From: Squalus acanthias
Lineage: Eukaryota
DNA length: 64,000 bases
Assembly: GCA_030390025.1 (NCBI GenBank)
Contig: CM059432.1
Location: 9,238,001 to 9,302,000 of the forward strand
Reading direction: 5' to 3'
Part shown: positions 10,676 to 19,647 of the stretch, one piece after another
Layout: each line of letters starts with the position of its first letter
Position numbering within the stretch: the first letter of the stretch is position 1
Notes under the pieces: model-generated
The model's input: only the letters and a program-made list of their open reading frames with translations
Database searches by the model: none
Told to the model about the DNA's origin: nothing
Program-made: the position numbers and the translations under genes

Positions 10676-13186
10676 TCACACGGTGCTTTCATCGTGCACG
10701 CGCACGTAACGTTCTCGCCACTCTCCCGTGTTTTCATGCTTGGTGAGGCGTTTGTCTCTTTTACAATGTACGACCAATAGGTACACTACAATAAAAACTT
10801 GGCATACTACTAAAATGTGGGAGGCTACCCTGATCCATGAAGGTACTTCAATATTGGTGAACAGATTCCACCACGGTGGAATTACTATATCCAGAATGTC
10901 TGTTCCTATTTCGACAGTTTTCTGCTCTAATGTATAAAAATGTTTCTGTGACACCGCGACGGCTTTTAAAAGCTTGGTGAGGTGTTCAGGGAGAGGGGGA
11001 ATGAGGTATCCGAAATGCGCGACGAATCGCTGCAAGTCGGTGAAATTCTCTTTTACTGTGAGATGAACAGTGGATGGTTCAGGGATTGGGACAATTCGCT
11101 GTTGTGCTACTTGAACTTCCGCCCTGGGTTTAAAACAGAAACTGCTGTCACTCACCGGACACCGGCTACGGTTTCCATGCTGGTAGTGTTGCGCTGCAGT
11201 GGTAACACAATATGTTCCACCCCCGATGTATGCTACCTGCGGAGGCACATGATCTTGTGCCATTGCCTCCATGGTGCAATTCATGGACTTGGCGCCAGCC
11301 GTTCTGAACCCGCACTGTGGTGTTAAAAAGGCATTCAAGTGCTGGGGGCACAGTATTATGTGTGCTCCCCTGCCACGACAACCAGAGAGATCTGTACCTG
11401 TCATCGTTTGCTCCCAGCGGATGACGTAAGGTGGAACCGCTGCATAGCGAATGTGGGCTCCCCCCTGAATGACACCAATGTTCTCTACCCGATACACCGG
11501 GGCGGGCTTTGTTGTGTCGCCCAAAACCGGCATACGTAATACTATTCCCATAATAGTATGGTTTGATCGTCCGCAGTCCACGGGGACTGGGTAAGCTTCT
11601 GAAGCTAGCCTGAGCTGGCACGGGCTTAATGCGTTCTGAAAAGGGTGGAGCGCCCGCAGGTGTTTGTTACTTATCCAGGACGGGACCAAACCTTGTTTTA
11701 AATCCTCCAAATTACTGCGGCCCTCGCCCAGTAACCACGCCCCGTAAAGCACGCACACCTCGTTCTGCGCAGCTTGATCGGATGCATTCCGATCTTCCCT
11801 AATCAGGGCATTTACCGTCTTTGCATGTTTCTCTAACTCTGCTATAATTTCCTTTAAATGGAGAGTCATGGCTTGGTCCTCGTGTAAACCCGACCCTACC
11901 ACTTTGTTCTCATCTGTTAGAATGTCTTTTAATTGTGTCTTTAAACCATTAATCTGGGTCTGCAGCTCCACACTGTCTAGAGCGTTGACCACAGATGTAC
12001 CCGTGTTAAAAGCAGTGAACGCGTCGTTCACCAAACCCCTTCTTTGCCTCCCTACTTGATCCAAAACTTCCTGCGGTGCGGTGTACAAACTTGTTTTATC
12101 AATTTCCGCGAAATCGAATTCGTAAAATTGTCTGAACATCTTGGTCAACAGGACCTGATACAACTGTTCCATCTTTTTGGGGCACCACTCTGGTAACCGC
12201 ACCTCGGTGAGATTTAAAATCACCGAGGCCACCGCGTAATGTACCCCCTGAAATAGTATCTGGTCTGTGGGGACCAGTACCAAACCATTCCCGGGTCCCT
12301 TACTAGTTTTAGGGCACCCTTCCTCTTCAGCTAGAACCACCGGAATCGTGGGCGGGGCTTTGCGTGGGCGCGTAATGAGCTCAGTGGCATTTACCGGGAT
12401 CGAAGAGTATGGGGCTCCGCACCCCTTGGTGTTCGCATCCCACCTCATCCCCTGTCCGTTATCCTGCCATTGATTAATGAAAAATATGGATATGCCTTTG
12501 GGGCAAGGGTATTTTGACCCCCACATGCATACATAAATTCCCTCATCCGGTTCCCACCATTTGTCCCAACAGACTCTCACTTGTCCGTTTGTCCCCGTAA
12601 TTGTCCGATGGGTATTATTACCCAGTCGTTCCCACTCGACCGAAGAGTTCCTCATAGTTTTGCTCAGCTTTCGCAGCCACCACCATCGGCTCAATGGGAC
12701 ATTCCCACTACAAGTCAAACAAATCCGTTTGCCGACGGTGACGCTGATCCTGGGTGCGATGATCCTTACTTTGGGGCACATTAAAGAAGTCTCTTGGTAG
12801 GCAAACCCCGATGTGCTAGAATACTCCGTTGAGTTCGTTCCCAGCCATCCTGGCCACCTTCCCTTGTGGAAATAGGTGCTGGTCTCCTCTGCCTCCCGTC
12901 TTCCGGTCCCATCCACCGCGATGGGGGCCGTGTCCCCGGAGCATCCAAACACCACGACATCCTTGGTGCGGCCTCGATAGGCCAATCCACATCCGATTGC
13001 CGCGAGCAATACTAGAATTCGTTCCATCCTTCCTTGGTTCCTGTGATCAGATAGAATGAGGTAGCCAGCCTCGCAAGAGTCTCTGGCTTTTGTGAAGGGT
13101 GAGCGGGTCCCCTGACCTCGCCTCACGTAAACTTCAATGTTCGCTGGATAAACTTTAACTAAACCTATCTTTAAAGCTCCCATCAT
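10676..13186 (-). CDS. env: Envelope glycoprotein: signal peptide, Ig-like domain, F-type class I fusogen, TM anchor (probable start Met54 at 13027)
   Basis: 836-codon ORF with an MERILVLLAAIGCGLA signal, RQRR|GLVNDAF furin site at 12038-12049, heptad repeat, Cys-rich ectodomain, N-glycosylation sequons, a hydrophobic ILVVCQVFIVVYLLVV segment and a short tail. Confidence 0.92.
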   Translation of the reverse strand: MMGALKIGLVKVYPANIEVYVRRGQGTRSPFTKARDSCEAGYLILSDHRNQGRMERILVLLAAIGCGLAYRGRTKDVVVFGCSGDTAPIAVDGTGRREAEETSTYFHKGRWPGWLGTNSTEYSSTSGFAYQETSLMCPKVRIIAPRISVTVGKRICLTCSGNVPLSRWWWLRKLSKTMRNSSVEWERLGNNTHRTITGTNGQVRVCWDKWWEPDEGIYVCMWGSKYPCPKGISIFFINQWQDNGQGMRWDANTKGCGAPYSSIPVNATELITRPRKAPPTIPVVLAEEEGCPKTSKGPGNGLVLVPTDQILFQGVHYAVASVILNLTEVRLPEWCPKKMEQLYQVLLTKMFRQFYEFDFAEIDKTSLYTAPQEVLDQVGRQRRGLVNDAFTAFNTGTSVVNALDSVELQTQINGLKTQLKDILTDENKVVGSGLHEDQAMTLHLKEIIAELEKHAKTVNALIREDRNASDQAAQNEVCVLYGAWLLGEGRSNLEDLKQGLVPSWISNKHLRALHPFQNALSPCQLRLASEAYPVPVDCGRSNHTIMGIVLRMPVLGDTTKPAPVYRVENIGVIQGGAHIRYAAVPPYVIRWEQTMTGTDLSGCRGRGAHIILCPQHLNAFLTPQCGFRTAGAKSMNCTMEAMAQDHVPPQVAYIGGGTYCVTTAAQHYQHGNRSRCPVSDSSFCFKPRAEVQVAQQRIVPIPEPSTVHLTVKENFTDLQRFVAHFGYLIPPLPEHLTKLLKAVAVSQKHFYTLEQKTVEIGTDILDIVIPPWWNLFTNIEVPSWIRVASHILVVCQVFIVVYLLVVHCKRDKRLTKHENTGEWRERYVRVHDESTV

Positions 13187-13316
13187 TTTATCGTTTTCTG
13201 TTAAAATTAAAACTACAAACTTAACCTTATTAAAACTATAAACTTAAACTTGAACTATGAACTTAAAACTTAAAACTTATTACTGTACAGCGCCGCCCGT
13301 TCTCAGGGCGGCCCCT

Positions 13317-14030
13317 TTAAATTCTGAGAAGGCTGCTGCGAGCTCTTACCGACCTTGGGAGGGCTCTGACCTTTTCCTCTGATCTGCCGCAGCCTGTTTC
13401 TGTACTGACCCCTTCCTCTGATCTGCCGCAGCCTGTTTCTGCACTGACCCCTTCCTCTGATCTGCCGCAGCCTGTTACTGCTACGATGGGGCCGGGCTGT
13501 ATCTGGGCTGCCTTAACCTTGAGTCTGCGCCTTGGAACAGACTGGGGCCATACCCATATCTTCTTGGGCTGGGGTTCTCTACTTGACCTACGGGGAGTTG
13601 TCAGGGGCGGGGGTTCCGTGACTGACGGACCGGGTTCCGAGACTTCCATCGGGACGACCTGTGGTTCCACCACAGTCGCTGGCTCCGCCTCCGCTGACTC
13701 CGCCTCCCTAACCTCGGGGCTCGCAGTTTGTGGCTCCGCCCTGCTCGGCCCAGCAGGCGGCCCTTCACTCGCGATCTCTGCCTCCCCCGAGGGCGGGACG
13801 TTCAAAGCGGGCGGCTCTGTCTCTGGGGTCCTCACCGTCACTCCCTGTGCTCCCACAGCGGCTGGCTCCGCCTCCCCTAGCTCCTCCCTCCTGTCTTCGG
13901 GACCTGCAGCTTGTGTGTCCACCCTGTGTGGATCTCTATCTGCAGCCCGTGTCCTCCCTATACCTAAAATGGGAACGTTCCTTAGGTTCCCCAAAAACCA
14001 CTCGCCTTCATCACCATCCTCATCTGACTC
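13317..14030 (-). CDS. Pro/Ala/Glu-rich ORF in frame with pol (accessory ORF or Pol C-terminal extension)
   Basis: The frame is open from the codon after the pol TGA (ESDEDGDEGEWFLGNL..) to TAA at 13317. There is no ATG near the start; the track start is TTG. Confidence 0.6.
   Translation of the reverse strand, partial: ESDEDGDEGEWFLGNLRNVPILGIGRTRAADRDPHRVDTQAAGPEDRREELGEAEPAAVGAQGVTVRTPETEPPALNVPPSGEAEIASEGPPAGPSRAEPQTASPEVREAESAEAEPATVVEPQVVPMEVSEPGPSVTEPPPLTTPRRSSREPQPKKIWVWPQSVPRRRLKVKAAQIQPGPIVAVTGCGRSEEGVSAETGCGRSEEGVSTETGCGRSEEKVRALPRSVRARSSLLRI
13366..13476. repeat. 39-bp tandem repeat, about 3 copies
   Basis: The unit ctgaccccttcctctgatctgccgcagcctgtttctgca encodes TGCGRSEEGVSAE on the minus strand. 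Confidence 0.95.
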
Positions 14031-17000
14031 TCATCCCCACAAAAATGCTTCATGATCTTCCAGGATGTCTCCTCCCCTGATGCAAGCTGCTTTACCTGCC
14101 TGTGCGCCTTGTGGTCCTACCTGGGGCTGTGCTTCCCCACTGGCGGGGTTTACCCCTGTGGTTTTCCCTTGCGCACCTGGCTTGTACAGTTTGCATTGGT
14201 TTACGTGGAACCACTTAGTGCGTCGAGGTACTTTTACGGCGTATACCATGGGACTCGCCTTGTCTACAATGTTGTAGGGTCCCATATACAGTGTTTCCAG
14301 ACTCCCTACTCTGACGTAGTTTCTGACATTGACCTGGTCTCCTACTTCCCACTCCCGCGTTTTGCGGGGTTCCAGCAACAGGCGATTGCCCTGATGCTGC
14401 CTTCCCATGTTCCCAGCCGCCTGCTCATAAACCTGCTTCAGGCGCTCCAAGAGGGTCTGGGCGAACTTGTCCCTGCTTATCTCTTGGAGCTGACCCTCAG
14501 TGAGCACCGGCGCTAGCACATGGGTGGGGGTTCGCATGAGCCTCCCAGTCATCACCTCGTGCGGGGAGTACCCCGTACTTTTTGACTGGCTGGCCCGGAC
14601 CCCCATGAGGACTAAAGGCAGAACTTCCGCCCATTTTTGGGGCGAGTTCCTAGTCTCCTTCCTCAATTTCTCCTTCAGGGTCCGGTTCATGCGTTCAACA
14701 ATCCCGGATGACTGGGGATTGTGTGCTACGTGCCACTTCCCTTCAATGCCCAAAAGCATGAGGGTGTTCTGCATCACCTGGCCGGTGAAATGACTCCCTT
14801 GGTCTGATTCCACAAAACGGGGAAGTCCCCACCGCGAGAACACTTCCCGGACCAAGATTTTTGCTGTACCCAGTGCCGTAGCTGTTCGACAGGGGAAGGC
14901 TTCCACCCACTTGGAAAACACATCCACCAAGACGAGGCAGTATTTATAACCTCCCTGGGTGGTGGGCAGGGGTCCTATATAGTCGATCTGTATCGACTGC
15001 CATGGTCCCTCTACCCTTCTTACGTGTCCCATGGGCACCTTCCTTTTCTGGGGGTCTGGGTTGTTTGCAGCGCACACCAGACAGTTTGCACAGAACTCGC
15101 GGACTTGTTCCCTGAGCCCTGGCCACCATCCCGCTTGCTCTACCCGTTGCCAGGTAACCTCGGGCCCGGGGTGCCCTGCCCCTGGTCCCTCGTGAGCCAA
15201 CTGGAGGAATTCCCTCCTGTGCTGCTGTGGCACAACCCACTGCTCCTCGCGGAACAGCATGCCTTCCTTAACTGAGAGGGTTGCCGTACTGTACGGACCT
15301 TCTACCTGCCTCCCCTCAGCAATGGTTTTTAGGACTGCTTTTAGGGCGGGATCCTGGTCTTGGACGGTCTTAAGGTCTAGGGGCAATGCTACCCTGGTGT
15401 TCCCGGGATTCCCGTCCCTGCCTTGGATCGCTGCTATGGGTCTGGTCCCATAGGGGTCCCAGAAAATGCCGTTGCGGGCACCTTCCCTGGCTAGCGCATC
15501 CGCCTGTTGGTTGCCCTCCCCACGGGGCTCTGTGGAGGAGTGAGCTTTCACCTTATGGATGAAAATCTCTCCTTCCTCCCCTACTGCTGCTGCTAAGATC
15601 TTTTCCAGCAAGGGCTTCACCGTTAAAGGTCGCCCGTCCGCGGAGGTGTATCCACGGCGGGACCAAATGGCCAGGTATTCCGTACACGAATTGCAGGTGA
15701 ACATACTGTCCGAGCAAATCGTGTATGGGGTTGGGAAAATGTCTGGGTGGGTATCAACGTACACCACGGCAGACAGCTCAGCCTGCTGCGCGCTCATGGT
15801 GCTAGGGAGCTTGATCGCCAGGGCAAGGTCTGCCGCAGGGTCATAAACTCCACACCCTGTGAGTCGCTCGCCAGCAGATACTGTGCTAGACCCATCAACA
15901 TAAATCTCGCGCCCAGTGGGATGTATCCCGGCCCGTAAACCTATGTTGACGTCCCACACCCCTTCCACCGAACATCGGTGGGCTGTACCGGGGTATACCA
16001 AATTGGCCGCAAGCCTGGGCTCGCAAAGACCTTTTACTCTAAGATCCAACTGGGAGAGAAGAAGGGTCCAACGCGCAATGCGCGCGCTGCTTACGGTCCC
16101 ATCTTTAATCCTCCCATCCAGAAGCATCTTAGTTGGTGTGTGATGTGTGAGGAGAGTGATGGGAGAGAGCCCTGTGAAGATCGCTGATCTTTTCACAGCC
16201 CAATGCGTGGCTAAAAGGTGCCTTTCGCAATTGGAGAAACTTCTCTCCACATCCGTTAAAACTCTGGATGAATAGACAACCGGCCTCAGCTTGCCGTGAC
16301 GCTCTTGGAGCAGCACAGCGCTCAAGCTGTCTTCGCCGGCAGCTACCTCCAGAAAAAACTCCTTCCCCCCATCTATGGCCCCTAAGGCTGGCGCAGTCTG
16401 CAGATCCCTTTTTAACTTCTCGAAGGCTGCTTGGCAGCCCTCGTCCCAAGACCACTCCACTCCCTTATGGAGGAGTCGGAGGAGCGGCGCTGCTGTGGCC
16501 GCATAGTCTTCGATAAAATCCCTGCAGTAACCGGTCAGTCCCAAGAAGGACCTCACACCCCTTATGTTGTTGGGAATCGGTAACTCTTGCACCGACTCCC
16601 TCCTCGCTTTGTCTATGGCTCTTTCCCCAGCGCGTATGGTCAGTCCCAGGAATTTTACTTCCCGCTGACCGATACGTGCTTTCTTAGGATTTATTTTAAA
16701 ACCCTTTCTCGCTAGCAGCTCCAATAACTCGTCCAGCAGTGGTCCATGCTCCTCCCTTGAGTCCGTAAATAGGAGCAAATCATCCACGTACTGCACTATC
16801 TGATTGGGCTGACTAAACTCCCTTAAACTTCCTGCCATACACTGATGGAAAATACTGGGGCTATTGTGGAAACCCTGTGGCAGACAGTTCCATGTGTACT
16901 GTTGCCCTTTGAAAGTAAAGGCAAACTTGTACTGGTCCTCTCGCCTCAGCGGGATGGACCAAAAACCGTTCGAGATATCCAGCACCGTGAACATGGTCGC

Positions 17001-17855
17001 GGACGCTGGGATGCTCCCTATTAGGTCAGCAACTGCTGCTACCGTGGGCGCGCAGGCGGGAATGTTACTGTTAAGGACTCTGTAGTCCACCGTGGCTCTC
17101 CACGAATTATCCGGCTTCCTAACCGGCCATAATGGGGAGTTCACGTGTGTGGCTATCGGCCTCAACACGCCCTGCTGCACCAAGGAGGACATTGCTGTCT
17201 CCATATCGGGTTCTGCTTCTTTGGGGAAGTTATACTGCTTTTGGGGTCGGGTCATGGGGTCCCCATCTACGCTGACCTCAAACCCGATAACCCTCCCACA
17301 ATCGTGCTTGTGGGTTGCAAACGCGTGCATATTATCTGACACGTACGTTTGCATGTCCGTTGGGACATCTGCGACCATAAGCCTGAGGTCGTAGCCTCCG
17401 GATGGCTGTACGGTACACAGGACCCCTGTTTCTTCCTCCCCCGGAATCACTACTACCTCGCCTTTTTCACCCTTAGCCCCCCAGAGACAGTGATTTCTGA
17501 GGTCCACGAGGATCCCGTGTCCCGATAGAAGATCGGACCCGAGAATACCTCTTCCACCCCCCTCCTGCCATTCCATCAGTATACACTTCCACTTAAGGTG
17601 AAGTGCTCCCAAACGAATGGATAGCGGAAGGGAGAACGCGCCAACCTGTTCTTTTCCTGTGAACCCCGTTAACGTGAATGGGACCCTGGTAGATAGCGGC
17701 GAGTCAAAAGGGCTATCTGTATGGATTATGGTGCAAGAAGCTCCCGTGTCCAACAAATAACTACCCCTCTGTTTCTCTACCTCCATCTCCACCAAAGGTC
17801 GCTTCCACGCATCATAGCTAAGCGGACACAGGTAGACGGGCTGCGCGGGTTCTAG
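14031..17855 (-). CDS. pol: Pol polyprotein: protease, RT, degenerate RNase H (tether), RNase H, integrase
   Basis: LLDTGAS; LPQGFHNSP..YVDD; IYVDGSS..AQQAEL..SDS..KVKAH..GNQQAD; HHCC (HEGPGAGH..CLVC); DDE (DYIGP, SDQG, VERMN). The frame is open back to the gag stop. Confidence 0.97.
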   Translation of the reverse strand, partial: LEPAQPVYLCPLSYDAWKRPLVEMEVEKQRGSYLLDTGASCTIIHTDSPFDSPLSTRVPFTLTGFTGKEQVGAFSLPLSIRLGALHLKWKCILMEWQEGGGRGILGSDLLSGHGILVDLRNHCLWGAKGEKGEVVVIPGEEETGVLCTVQPSGGYDLRLMVADVPTDMQTYVSDNMHAFATHKHDCGRVIGFEVSVDGDPMTRPQKQYNFPKEAEPDMETAMSSLVQQGVLRPIATHVNSPLWPVRKPDNSWRATVDYRVLNSNIPACAPTVAAVADLIGSIPASATMFTVLDISNGFWSIPLRREDQYKFAFTFKGQQYTWNCLPQGFHNSPSIFHQCMAGSLREFSQPNQIVQYVDDLLLFTDSREEHGPLLDELLELLARKGFKINPKKARIGQREVKFLGLTIRAGERAIDKARRESVQELPIPNNIRGVRSFLGLTGYCRDFIEDYAATAAPLLRLLHKGVEWSWDEGCQAAFEKLKRDLQTAPALGAIDGGKEFFLEVAAGEDSLSAVLLQERHGKLRPVVYSSRVLTDVERSFSNCERHLLATHWAVKRSAIFTGLSPITLLTHHTPTKMLLDGRIKDGTVSSARIARWTLLLSQLDLRVKGLCEPRLAANLVYPGTAHRCSVEGVWDVNIGLRAGIHPTGREIYVDGSSTVSAGERLTGCGVYDPAADLALAIKLPSTMSAQQAELSAVVYVDTHPDIFPTPYTICSDSMFTCNSCTEYLAIWSRRGYTSADGRPLTVKPLLEKILAAAVGEEGEIFIHKVKAHSSTEPRGEGNQQADALAREGARNGIFWDPYGTRPIAAIQGRDGNPGNTRVALPLDLKTVQDQDPALKAVLKTIAEGRQVEGPYSTATLSVKEGMLFREEQWVVPQQHRREFLQLAHEGPGAGHPGPEVTWQRVEQAGWWPGLREQVREFCANCLVCAANNPDPQKRKVPMGHVRRVEGPWQSIQIDYIGPLPTTQGGYKYCLVLVDVFSKWVEAFPCRTATALGTAKILVREVFSRWGLPRFVESDQGSHFTGQVMQNTLMLLGIEGKWHVAHNPQSSGIVERMNRTLKEKLRKETRNSPQKWAEVLPLVLMGVRASQSKSTGYSPHEVMTGRLMRTPTHVLAPVLTEGQLQEISRDKFAQTLLERLKQVYEQAAGNMGRQHQGNRLLLEPRKTREWEVGDQVNVRNYVRVGSLETLYMGPYNIVDKASPMVYAVKVPRRTKWFHVNQCKLYKPGAQGKTTGVNPASGEAQPQVGPQGAQAGKAACIRGGDILEDHEAFLWG

Positions 17856-19643
17856 TCATGGGGTACTATTAGACGGTCCTGCGACCGCCACCTTTCCATG
17901 TGCACTCAATAAACTGCGCATGGCTCCTAACACTACTTCGAGGTCGTCGGGAGGGGTGGGTGCACCAGCTTCCCTAGCCGGGACAGGCGCCTGGGCTCGG
18001 ACTGCGGGATTTTTATCCTTGGAATCCTTCCAAGGGTTCCTGCAATGCTTGCGCCAGTGCCCTGTCTTCCCACACCCGTAACAAGCATTACTTGCCTGTG
18101 GGGCGCGATTACCCTCCTGATGCCACTCTCTTTGATACGGGGCTGCGGGTCGTACCTCATGTACTTTTCCCTTAAGGGGACGTGTTGCCATACCCCTTAT
18201 ATTGCGATATCCTAACGTGAGCCGATTCAAGACCGACTCTTCCGTAATGTTGGGGTCATTGGGATCAAACCATGTTTTTGCCTGCTCTCTGACGGCTGGT
18301 AAACTGTTGGCTATTATGCACCTAAGCCAATGAGCTAAACCGGTGCCTTCCACATCTTCGCGCTCTGGCGCACCTAGACAGCTGCGCTGATATACTGGCC
18401 ACAGCCTGTCGGCAAAAACCTTCGGGGGTTCTCCCTCCATCTGCACTGTCTGTCCCACTCTAGCAAACGGACCTTCATTGTCCGCCCCCAACACTTCCAG
18501 GACCTCATTCTTTAATGCCTCATAAGTCTTGGTTCCCCTCTTGCTCTCGCCTGAGAGACACTGAAGGATTGTACTGCCTAACGAAAACAACAGCATTTTT
18601 GCTGTTTCCCCATCATCGCAGCCGTTAATAGCTGCGGTTTGCTCAACTTCTCTGAAATGTACGGAAGGGTCGTCTGACTCGGTCAGCTTCCATACGTGAT
18701 TTATCATAACTCTCAGCTGGTGTGAGCTGTGAGGCAACACAAGCTGTCCGAGGAGATCCCCTGGTTCTTCCCCACCGTTTCTGTTTAGGCCCCTTTTTAT
18801 ACCCGTTACTGGATACAACGGTCCCTTTTCCACTTCTTTCTCAATGGGCTCTTTCGTTTCTTCCATTGCTTCCTCCCTAACCCAGGTTTCCGAATAGCTG
18901 GGTGGCGCGGAGGGCGCAGTGGCTACTACTTCCTCTGCTTTACTTGGTGGGGATTTCTTAAACTCCTCACTTACTAGCGGCTGGTGTGCTGACGGACTGA
19001 TAAGGCACACCATGCCGTGCGCTTTGTTCACGGCCTTTTTGAGGTGCTCTATCTCCCTTTTGCAAGCGCTATGATCAGCTCCCTGAAACTTATCCTCAAG
19101 GGCCAACTTATATGCCGCCCTAACCCCCGTTAAGCTCTCTTCCTGAGTTCTTATCTGGGCAGCTTGGCGGGCACATCGTTCCTTTAACCTGCTCTCATTT
19201 AACTTTGCCTCAGTGACCTGGCACTCGAGGTAATCTATCCTTGTTTTATGGTGACTGGAGATTTCCTGGCGTTCTTGGTGCAACGCACTTAAATTCCTAA
19301 TGAGCAATTCCCCTCCAGAGACCTTCTCATCCATTTCTCCCTCTAAATGACTGATTCGAGCTGTTAGCGCTGTAATGGTCTGGTTTGAAATCTGAACCTG
19401 CCTTTTGTAACACATAAGCCAGACTGCTTTCTCGAGTGTCTTTTTATGTTCTTTACTATCTGTCCACCTTTCGGCTGCCTCTAGCGGGCTTTTATCCGCT
19501 AACAATTCACTTATCCATTTCTTAGTTAGATTAACCTTTCCGAACACATAATCTGCTATCTTTTCCTGCATAACATTTCGTACAGTCATTCCAAAGTCTA
19601 ACACACTACCCTCTCGCTGCCAGTGTCCTGCCGCGGTCGCCAT
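17856..19643 (-). CDS. gag: Gag polyprotein
   Basis: 595 aa with an N-terminal coiled-coil-like region, PSAPPSY late motif, MHR-like QMEGEPPKVFADRL and a single CCHC knuckle CYGCGKTGHWRKHC. Confidence 0.93.
   Translation of the reverse strand: MATAAGHWQREGSVLDFGMTVRNVMQEKIADYVFGKVNLTKKWISELLADKSPLEAAERWTDSKEHKKTLEKAVWLMCYKRQVQISNQTITALTARISHLEGEMDEKVSGGELLIRNLSALHQERQEISSHHKTRIDYLECQVTEAKLNESRLKERCARQAAQIRTQEESLTGVRAAYKLALEDKFQGADHSACKREIEHLKKAVNKAHGMVCLISPSAHQPLVSEEFKKSPPSKAEEVVATAPSAPPSYSETWVREEAMEETKEPIEKEVEKGPLYPVTGIKRGLNRNGGEEPGDLLGQLVLPHSSHQLRVMINHVWKLTESDDPSVHFREVEQTAAINGCDDGETAKMLLFSLGSTILQCLSGESKRGTKTYEALKNEVLEVLGADNEGPFARVGQTVQMEGEPPKVFADRLWPVYQRSCLGAPEREDVEGTGLAHWLRCIIANSLPAVREQAKTWFDPNDPNITEESVLNRLTLGYRNIRGMATRPLKGKVHEVRPAAPYQREWHQEGNRAPQASNACYGCGKTGHWRKHCRNPWKDSKDKNPAVRAQAPVPAREAGAPTPPDDLEVVLGAMRSLLSAHGKVAVAGPSNSTP
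19625..19642 (-). other. Primer-binding site, tRNA-Arg(UCG)
   Basis: Minus-strand TGGCGACCGCGGCAGGAC is complementary to the 3' 18 nt (GTCCTGCCGCGGTCGCCA) of vertebrate tRNA-Arg-TCG as I recall it. It lies 5 nt from the LTR end. Confidence 0.88.
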
Positions 19644-19647
19644 TTTC

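Noticed and set aside
13486..14516. Antisense ORFs over ORFx and pol (an HBZ-like antisense gene)
   Set aside because: They are explained as shadows of GC-rich coding sequence and have no domain features.
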